DNA from: Raphidiopsis brookii D9
GTDB taxonomy: Bacteria; Cyanobacteriota; Cyanobacteriia; Cyanobacteriales; Nostocaceae
Length of the DNA stretch: 32,000 nt
Assembly (NCBI GenBank): GCA_000175855.1
Contig: ACYB01000035.1
Location: 300,001 to 332,000, forward strand
Direction of reading: 5' to 3'
This document shows, in pieces, positions 9,403-18,369 of this stretch (positions within the stretch are counted from its first letter, which is position 1; each line of letters opens with the position of its first letter). The translations under genes were made by a program, and so were the position numbers. The notes beneath the pieces were generated by a model, which did not search any database, was not told the origin of the DNA, and saw only the letters and a program-made list of their open reading frames with translations.

Positions 9403-9819
9403 ATGGCAACTCTCACGTATGTTAAAGGATTAACGACACCAGCAGAAGAATTGAATAGTTTAGGACTCACTGAGTTTGAGATGTTTTTGACTGCTTATAG
9501 TCCGGTATTCCATAAAGCAGCGCGTGAGACAGCTAATCAACTTTTGACAAACAAGAACTTCAATAAATCCAGAAAGGTAAATCCTGCTTATACCAGCGTT
9601 ATAGCATTGGTCAAATACGCACGCCAATACGGATTAGCCAGTGATGAAGCAGCAGCTATGGCGATTGCCAGACGTGGTATGCGTTTAAAAGAAAAAATGC
9701 ATGACTCCATAACCGCCTATCTCTCCGTGAAGGATGGAAAGCACGTATGGAGTCAGTGGAATCAACTGAATAAAACTCTTAAGTCTCGTACTGATGTTAG
9801 CGGTAGTGTGAGTTTTTAA
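9403..9819 (+). pseudogene. tnpB: TnpB (IS200/IS605-IS607 accessory RNA-guided nuclease family) remnant with a large internal deletion
   Basis: Only 138 aa, against roughly 400 for intact TnpB. It keeps an N-terminal ~50 aa and the C-terminal RuvC-III block VNPAYTSVIALVKYARQYGLASDEAAAMAIARRGM. The junction lies at about 9550-9580. Confidence 0.6.
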
Positions 9820-9856
9820 AAATGGCGATCGCGAAACATTCACCTATCCCAAATTA

Positions 9857-12800
9857 TTAACTATCCTCTATCAATTCTAATGGTGGTAATTCTTTTACAA
9901 TTCTCACTGTCTCCATACTAACTTTGACTATCCTCTTGATTAAATCCACTATATAACGCGGATCTTCTGACCACTGGTTAGGATTATTGACTATTCCGCT
10001 ATCTTTATCCTTGGTGACTTTATATCTCTCCATTATCCATTCTAATGGTGATTTTCCATTGACTATATATTCGTAGCTTTCTAGGGGAATTTGAGAGAGG
10101 GTGATTTTACTATTATAAATAATGGTGGTTTTATCTATTCCGTTCTTGTTTTTACCAAATACCATTTTTCTACTTGGTAATCTTCATTATCTAAGTATAC
10201 TTCTACTGAAAATTCTTTGATTTCGTAAGGTTCTATGGTTTCATAGTTTAAATGATAGTGCGCTAGTTCTGCTCCTGCTTGACTGAATGACGAAAAGTCT
10301 TTTATGTAGGGAATTCTGGGTAACATCTTTTTTAGATCTGCTGCAAATCTTTGTTTATATTCGGGAGAGTGCAAAATTCCATATATGTAATAAAATATGT
10401 CTTCTTTTGTGATGCTTTTATCTTGGTATTTCTTTTGGAAGTCTTTTAAGATGTTATCTGGAATGTTTTCTTTTTTTGTGTATTCTTCTGTGGTTACTGT
10501 TGCAAATATTTCTCCTAGTTCGCTTTGTTTTTCGTATGTATATAAGGGGAAGCATTGACTCTTAGAAATTAGTTCTAAGTCAGGTAAAAAATTAGTTATT
10601 AAAGCCGAAAATTCTTTTGTTGAACCAACTCCGGTTACCGCAATTACTAAATTCTCAACATTTTGATTGGGGAATATTTTCGGCATTTGGTAAAGACGAT
10701 TATTTAAGTCTTTATTATAGTAATAGTTCTGTTTGCAGAAAGGACGGTAGATACTTCTGACAACTTCACTAGAATTAAAATTATGTATTATTAATTTACC
10801 ACAGTCTTCCTTTAGTTCTCCAGACCAACTTAATTTTTTTGGGATCAGTATCAATAAACCGTTCTACTTTTTGTTTTCTTTGTTCAGCATTACTTAAAGT
10901 TTGACCCTCTAGAAATTTCCTAAAACCTTCAACTTGTTGATTATAAAAATCAATCATTCTCGTCATATTATCAATAAGTGATTCCTGGGAGAAATTATAA
11001 ACCCAAGCATCACGATTTTGTTTTAACTCCACTTGAATACACATCAAAAATAGTTTTAGTAGTTCGGTCTTTCTTATCACCTAAAGAAATGAAATTTTCA
11101 AAATCAACGTTCCTTTGATTAATCCAATCATAATTTTTGTTAGGGGTGATTTCTTTCCACGGGATAGTAGAAATATTACCGAAGTCTTTAATAATATCTA
11201 GTTTTTCCGTTCTTTTTAAATAATCACCAATATCATAATATAATAATTGACATTTCTGTTTTTTATCAGGATTTTTAATAAGTATAGTAATAGCTATCGG
11301 TGCTAAACTTCCTCCTTTTCCGCCCAATGCAGCAAATAAAGGATGTCCTTCTTTGCGACAAATTTCTCCAGAAGTTCTTCCATTTTCTCTTAAATTAAAG
11401 TAATAAATATTTGTAAAGTCATCTACTAAGCATTTTCTTAACCCATCAGCAGAGTTACTATCTAAGAAAGAACCATTAGTAACAAAACAAACTATACCTT
11501 TTTCTTGTATTCTATCAGTTGCCCAACGAATAGCTCTGATATAAGAATCATAAAGACTGTTTTTTAATGTAGCACTAGAATATTTAGCGTAGGTACTTCT
11601 AATCTTATCATCTAACTTGGGATATGACAGATTTTTATTCCCATCATTTTCACTTTTCTGTCCAGCTGAGTAGGGAGGATTTCCAATAATTACGGTGATA
11701 TCTCTCTGCTTTTGTGATATGACTCTTTGATTGTTCTCTGGAAAAATATTCTCTAATAAATAACCCTCATTTTCAAACATCTGAAATGTGTCTGTTAAAA
11801 CAATGCCATTAAAGGGTTCATATTCCCCCTTTCTGGTGCTGAAAGAATTTGATTCTTCTTGTATACCAATCAAAAAATGGTAACTCTCTTCAATGTTTAT
11901 GGCTGCAATATAGTAGGCCAATAAAACAATTTCATTACAATGCAATTCATGGCTAAATTTCCGTTTTAGATCTTGTGGTTTTATTAGTCCACTTTGCAAT
12001 AGTCTTACCATGAAGGTACCTGTACCAGTAAAGGGATCTAAAATATGTACACCCTCATCCGTTAATCCTACTCCAAATTCTTGGTGCAGGGCAAAATTAG
12101 CACTTTTGATAATAAAGTCTACTACTTCTACTGGAGTGTAAACAATTCCTAGTCTTTCTACTAGTTTGGGGAAAGCTGTACGAAAGAATTTATCGTATAA
12201 TTCAATGATTATTTTCTGTTTGCCTTCTGCATTATCAATACCACTAGCACGCTCTCTCACACTTTTATAGAATTTTTCTAGGGTTTCTACTTCTTTCCCT
12301 AAAGATTCCTTCTCTAACGTGTCTAACATTCTTTGCATTGTCTGTGAAACAGGATTATTTTTCGTAAACTCATACCCTTCAAATAAGGCATCAAATACGG
12401 GTTTGGTAATTAAATGTTGTGATAACATTTCAATGGCTTCATCTTCCCTTACATTGGGATTAATATTTTTATGCAGTCCTGTTAAGAATTCTTCAAATGC
12501 TTTTCTAGGTCCTGATTGGGATTTTTCTAATAGTCCTTTGATTCTGGAAGTATGATTTTCAGCTATTTTGGCTACGTCTTTAGCCCAATCTTCCCAATAA
12601 CGACGATTTCCACATTTAGTTACTATTTTAGCATAGATGGCATCTCGCCATTCTTGAATGGGAAAGTTTAATTCTAGTTGTCGATTAAAATTTTTACTCT
12701 TTTTGGTTGATGAATTATCATTTCTCTCTCCACCAACTCCAACTATACTAATTTTTTGCGGTCGGTTTTTATTCAAATCAATTTTTATTGACTGTGTCAT

Positions 12801-14744
12801 TAAATCTGTCATCATGGGCACGTAAGGCTTGTAATACTTGCCAAATTACTTTATATTTCTCATTATCTTTTAAAGCAACATCGGGAGACATATCCGCAGG
12901 TATACCAACGGGTAAAATGATATAACCATATTTTTTCCCTCTGCTCTTCTCATAACTCTCCCCACAGACTGCACCACGTCTACTACGGAATTACGGGGTG
13001 TGAGGAATATCACCGCATCTAATGCTGGAACATCCACACCTTCGGATAAGCATCTTGCATTAGAGAGTATACGACAGATATTAGAGCTGTTTATTTTATT
13101 TATTTCTTTTGAGGAGGGTTCAGATTTTAACCATTCTAATTTTTCATTTCTTTCCAGGGCATTTTGTTTACCATCAACGTGGTCTAATTCGCATTGTAAA
13201 ACTGTTTCATCATCCGGGTTTTTGTATTGATAGTCATTGATAATACCGGCAAATAGGTTAACTATTCTCTGTGAATCTTTAATACTACGAGAGAAAGCAA
13301 CAGCTCTTTTCATAGGGGTACTATCTTCTATTTCTCCCCCTTGTATATCTTTAATTAACCGTTTTGCTAAACCATTCCAGCACCCAACGATTTTTACAGC
13401 ATCATCTAATTTTAGTTCGTTATCTGCATCTGCTAATTGTTGTTGAAATGTGGCACTAACAAATTTTTCATCTACTGCTAACACCATCACTTTATAATCT
13501 GTGAGTAAACCGGTGCTGACAGCTTCACCAAAACCTAAACGATGAAATTCCTTTCCGAAGGTATGTAGGTCGTCCATAGAATATAAGGAAGCATCATTTT
13601 CCTTAGCTTGCACTTTGGTGTCATCACTGTAAATTCTGGGAGTTGCGGTCATATAAAGCCGTTTTTTGGCTTTGAGAAAATCTTGGTCGTGAACTTTTGT
13701 GAAGTAAGATTCATCTGTTCCAGTAATAGTTATACCTGTGGTTCTATGTGCTTCATCACAGATAATTAAATCGATTTCTGGTAACCCTTTTTGTTGTGCT
13801 TCTGATATAGCTTGAATAGATTGGTAGGTGGAGAAGATAACAGTTAATTTTGGTGGGTTATTTTGATTTGTCTTTTGGATAGTTTGATAAGACTTAATAA
13901 TATCTTGGGCCTTAGTAGTGGGAGGGAAAGCCAGGTCATTGACTGTGATATCAGCAGTATCATCATTTTGAGATTTTGTCTTATTTTTACCCACATTGAC
14001 ATCAGAGCAAACTGCTATGCTATGAAAATCGATTTGCCTTTCAGCAGTCCATTCTCTTAAAGTTTGAGAAAGTAAGGAAATAGAGGGTACTAAAAAGAGA
14101 ATTAAATGACTATGTTTGGGAACATGCTCAGCGATTTTTAAAGCGGTAAAGGTTTTACCAGTACCACATGCCATGATTAATTTACCTCGGTCAGCGTGTT
14201 CAAATTGAGTGAGGACTTTTTCTAATGCTATTTGTTGATGGGGGCGAATATGCTTTTTAGGTTTTAGTTGTAAAATATCAGGATTTTGGAGACTATATTT
14301 ATTCCAATCTATAGGACTATTTTCTAAATCATAAATTGTGGCACGAATGACAGGAATTTGTTGATCATCTAATGCTGCTTGGGCGTGTTTGCTCCATTTT
14401 GCGGTTGTAGAGATAATCATCCGTTTTTTAAAAACCTTAGTTCCCGAGGCGGTAAAAAAGGAATCTATATCTGATTTTTGTAGTGTTTGGTTTAAATCAT
14501 AACATTTACATTGAATAGCACAGTAGTCTCCTGTATCTCGGATCATTCCTACTAAATCAATTCCGGTGTCTGGCATGTTTGCTCTTTTAGGAAAATCCAT
14601 CCACAACCAAACCTGACTAAAATACTCGTTGTAAATTGGGTCTGTTTTGAGATAATTCAACATTAACCTTTCAAATTTATCACCTTGTTCACGCGTTGAG
14701 GAGGAAGTTTGTTTGATTTCGTTGAGTATTTTTTGGATTGTCAT
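9857..14744 (-). pseudogene. Type ISP restriction-modification enzyme (LlaGI/LlaBIII-like single polypeptide: Mrr-type nuclease, SF2 helicase, gamma-class N6-adenine methyltransferase, TRD), interrupted by five 1-nt frameshifts
   Basis: Five consecutive minus-strand ORFs (12870-14744, 11010-12821, 10796-11080, 10135-10854, 9857-10165) read as one ~1630-aa protein. PD-(D/E)xK-like GIDLVG...YCAIQCK. Helicase motifs: I ACGTGKT (14151-14165), II DEAH (13746-13757), VI QSVGRVMRR. Methylase motifs: DPFTGTGTF and NPPY (11670-11681). C-terminus: IPLESYEYIVNGKSPLEWIMERY. Breaks at T6 12931-12936, T5 12782-12786, T4 11016-11019, T7 10834-10840 and T5 10165-10169 (plus-strand runs). Confidence 0.85.
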
Positions 14745-14955
14745 GTTTATATTTCTCCTGTGGTATCTGGCTTTTATAAGGTTTAGTATATTCTGTGGAT
14801 TCTAACTGGTTTTTGATGAAGTGAGTATGTAAGATATAAAAAAACATACTTTTTTATATTTATTAATATATCTACAAATAAAGTTGATTAGGGGACTGTC
14901 CCGTCTATTTTAATCCCTTACTCTGTCTATTGTCTAAACCCATGCCCTTAAGTAA

Positions 14956-17483
14956 ATGCCGTTCAGAGAGAATTTTGGTAAACTTTTGTTACAAAAGCAT
15001 TCTTTTTTTGCGCTTTACTGTACAGTGGTGACAATACACCTTACTTTTATTAGGCCTGTCAATGTGAGCAGCTTTCAGAACTCCTACGAAGTTTTCCAGT
15101 CAGTAGAAAGGAAAGCTAATTTTGTTAGTGCTTTTTGGCATCGATTCAAAACGGAGATTATTCAACATCTACCCCATTCTTATCACGATGAAATTTATCA
15201 GCTTTCTCAAAACTTACAAAAGGCTTTAGATATATTAATCGATGAGTTACGTAATCCTGTTCTTGTGTTGGCAACTACTGGTACGACTAGTAGTGGTAAA
15301 AGTACACTGGTAAATTTTCTGTGCGGGGCAGATGTTCTGCCAACGGCGGTGGGTGAAATGAGTGCAGGGTCTGTAACAATTGAATACAGTGAGCAAAGGT
15401 GTTTAACTATTGAAGAAACTCCAGGTGCTCTATGGGAATGTGGTCGATGGGAAAATATCACTGATGATCAAATCTGTAGAAAGTTGGAACAGGTTATGAT
15501 CACTTATCTTGATCATCAGAAAGACCAAGCTGTTCTGGCTTATCCAAGGTTTTTTCTCTCTTATCCTTTTAGGTTTTTTAAGGAGTATAAAAATATTTAC
15601 CGGAGGGAGTGAAAGTTAAGATCCTTGATTTACCAGGTTTATCTTATGTGGGTGATGAAACCAGTATGGAGGTAATTAGACAATGTCGTGAGGCTTTGTG
15701 TTTAGTTACTTATAATAGTCAGGAAACTGATCCTCAGAAGGTTAGGAGTCTTTTATTGCAGGTTGTAGAAGAGGTAAAAGGACTGGGGGGATCTCCTGAT
15801 CGAATGCTGTTTGTTTTTAATAAGATTGATGTTTTTAGAGATGATAAGAATTGGGAAGAGAGTGAAAGACGTTTTATAGAAAAAACAACAAAAAACATCA
15901 AGGATGAATTAAGGATACATTTAGGTGAGTATACTCAAGCGATTAAAAATTTAAAGTTGATTAAGCTAAGTACTTTGCCAGCACTGCTGTCCTTACAAAT
16001 TTTGAGTGATAATTATAATCATAGTAATACGGCTTGTAGGGATGCTGATCGTAAATTTAATAAATTGATTGAAGAAAGTATTTTAGAAGACTTACCGCGA
16101 AACGCAGAAAAATGGTCTGGTCAAGATAGACGACGTATAGCTCAGGATTTATGGCGAAAATCCTATGCTCAGGAATTCCAGGAATGTTTAAATGAGCATA
16201 TTGCTGAGCATTTTCCTAAGTTAGTGATTCCTCAAGCAATAGAAAGATTTAATACAAGCGCGGGAAATAGTATAACCCAATGGACAGTGCAAACCACTAC
16301 GGCAATTCTCAATAGCTCGGAAGAAAGTTATCAGCAAGAATGCCACAGAATCTCTCAAGTTAAGTCTGATTTAGATCACTTTATTCAAGTGAGTAGTAAC
16401 AGCTTGCGAAACCCTTTTGAGAAAATTAGTCAAGAGATCGGGGAGTATTTTGATAAAGAAAATAAGGATGTGCAGCATCTAAGTAAGACTTTAACGTCTG
16501 TGGTCATAGAACTTCAGAATACGGAACCTTGTAGAAATAATCCTGAAATTCAAGAGAAATTAGTTCCTTTGTATGATTGGAGAGATTCTTTATCTAGGGA
16601 AGTTAGTACCATTTTAGAAGCGGTAACATCTTCCTTGGAAAAAGGGACTGTCACCCTAGATCATCCCAACTTTAAAAAGGTTAATAGTTACCATGTAAAA
16701 TTATTGGAAGGTAATATTATAAGATTAATCAAACTTGGCTATAGTCATGATATTGCTAAACATGGCAAGACCATTGAAGCGAAAACCGAGCTGGAGAAGG
16801 AGAATCTTAGGCAAACAAATAATGAAATTAACGAATTATCTATCCATCTAAGTTTAATTATACCTCAAGTATTAGAGAAAACTTCTGAACAGGAGATCCA
16901 GCGAATATATGAAGCCGTTAATGGGTTATTTGCGTTTTATCTAGAGTTTTTAGAAGAGGAGTGTAATGAAATTGCTGGGAACAAGCTTGGGATCAATTTT
17001 TCTAAGTCAGAACTTGTGCAAGTTAAGAAAGATCTTAAATTCATTCAACCGAAATTTAAGTCTGACTTTGCAATTGAAACCCGAGAGTATACTGAAGAAA
17101 CAAGAAGTTGGGACTATTGGTTTTGGTTAGTTCCGAAACAGGTAGTATGCTCCAGTGATAATGCAAAAATTCCCAAGATGAGAGATATTCTCACCACTTG
17201 GGAGCTGGAAATCAAAAAGATCGATCCAGAGTTGTTAAAACCTTTCATAGAATGGTTGCTAGAACAAATTGACAACTTAAAAAAAAAGGTAGATAAGACT
17301 CAAAGTGAGATTATTAAGAGTTATAGAGATAGATTAGAAAAGGCTAGAAAGGAAGTTAATTTTGACTATGAACAACGGCAAAGTATTTGGCAACCCATGC
17401 AGAAAAGAGCTAAAGAATTAGAGTGGGAATTTTCCCAATTAGTCAATTTTGAAAAACCTCAGGTAAATAACAATGATAAATAA
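14956..17483 (+). CDS. bacterial dynamin-like GTPase 1 (Dynamin_N-type G domain plus long helical stalk); frame broken once at an A5 run; true start uncertain
   Basis: ORFs 14956-15612 and 15609-17483 join into one protein. G1 GTTSSGKS (15280-15303) is followed by TLVNFLCGADVLPT. G3 DLPG is at 15627-15638 and G4 NKID at 15819-15830. The frame switch must fall in 15589-15609, because a stop at 15588-15590 closes the downstream frame before that point. Restoring A5 (15589-15593) to A6 gives ...FFKEYKKYLPEGVKVKILDLPG. The first ~35 codons look non-coding; GTG at 15063 is an alternative start. Confidence 0.8.
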
Positions 17484-18357
17484 GCTGATCGAACCATTGT
17501 TTAACCGAATATACCCCCAAATCAAAAGTAAAGAGAAAGGGGTATTATATCAGATCATAAAGTTGATAATCCGTGAGGCTAAACTAGAGCAATTAGTCAA
17601 TTCTCAGGAAATTTATCTTAGCTTTGAAATACAAGAATCTTCCAAACTAGAAGATGATTTTCGCATTGTTTATGAAATACAAGAGTCCTTTCTAAATTCT
17701 CTGATACCTTTTACTCATGATATAAAAATGGTTATTGATGAGATAAAACAGCAGTTAAAATCCTATATAGGTATTTTTGAAAACTTAGGAAACCTAGTTT
17801 TCATAAACAATTGTTTTCAAGCAGAGGCAAAAAAACAAAAACAAATGGAAATTCTTACATTGACTGCTGTTTTTTTAATTGGACTAGCAGTTGTTGGGGT
17901 CTTAGTCTTACCAAACAGGAATAAACCTTCATCTTCCAAGGCAATTCCTGCTACCAAATCTACGGCAATATGTCTAGCACTTCCGGCATTTGCGGTCTTT
18001 GGTTTAAAGCAAAGGGAGATGGCAAGTGAGCAAGTTACTGACGATTTAGCGGAAGAAGAGATAGCAAGGGATAAAATTATTGAACTAGTTGAAGCGGCTA
18101 CAGAATTCCTATGCGTTGAAGCCGATAAGCAAATAGCTATGAAGACTACAAACCAGGAAGTTAAGCCAGACAGTCAACTTAAATTTTACATTTGCATTCG
18201 CATTGAAATTCCCAGTGAAAACGACATTCTAGAGGAAAAAACTAAATATGGAATTAAAGATAACCTTCGGAACCTTCACCCCGATACAAAAGGTAAAATT
18301 ATCCAACTGGGTCGTTTAACAGATCCTTCCAATCTTCGGTTGTTCAATCGGATTTAA
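17473..18357 (+). CDS. hypothetical membrane protein with a central two-helix hydrophobic hairpin, encoded between the two dynamin-like genes
   Basis: 294-aa ORF. The ATG at 17473 overlaps the dynamin-1 stop (17481-17483) by 11 nt. Hydrophobic segments are EILTLTAVFLIGLAVVGVLVLP (17848-17913) and STAICLALPAFAVFGL (17959-18006). Both flanks are acidic and helical. I recognise no family. Confidence 0.7.
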   Translation: MINKLIEPLFNRIYPQIKSKEKGVLYQIIKLIIREAKLEQLVNSQEIYLSFEIQESSKLEDDFRIVYEIQESFLNSLIPFTHDIKMVIDEIKQQLKSYIGIFENLGNLVFINNCFQAEAKKQKQMEILTLTAVFLIGLAVVGVLVLPNRNKPSSSKAIPATKSTAICLALPAFAVFGLKQREMASEQVTDDLAEEEIARDKIIELVEAATEFLCVEADKQIAMKTTNQEVKPDSQLKFYICIRIEIPSENDILEEKTKYGIKDNLRNLHPDTKGKIIQLGRLTDPSNLRLFNRI

Positions 18358-18369
18358 GAAGTTAATTTT

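Larger units (their letters stand above)
8745..9835 (+). mobile_element. IS607-family insertion sequence (tnpA plus decayed tnpB); ends approximate
   Basis: Back-to-back tnpA (8760-9401) and tnpB remnant (9403-9819) separated by 1 nt, the standard IS607 organisation. This family lacks clear terminal inverted repeats, so I could not fix the boundaries from sequence. Confidence 0.6.

Noticed and set aside
12319-14060. Plus-strand ORFs inside the Type ISP gene (12319-12555, 13000-13230, 13237-13446, 13863-14060). Similar antisense ORFs occur at 5722-5931, 6977-7183, 15207-15461, 20190-20399, 23567-23749, 25659-26154, 26522-26713, 27753-28013, 28160-28399 and 30710-31463.
   Set aside because: All overlap well-supported genes on the opposite strand, and their low-complexity sequence is typical of antisense frames.
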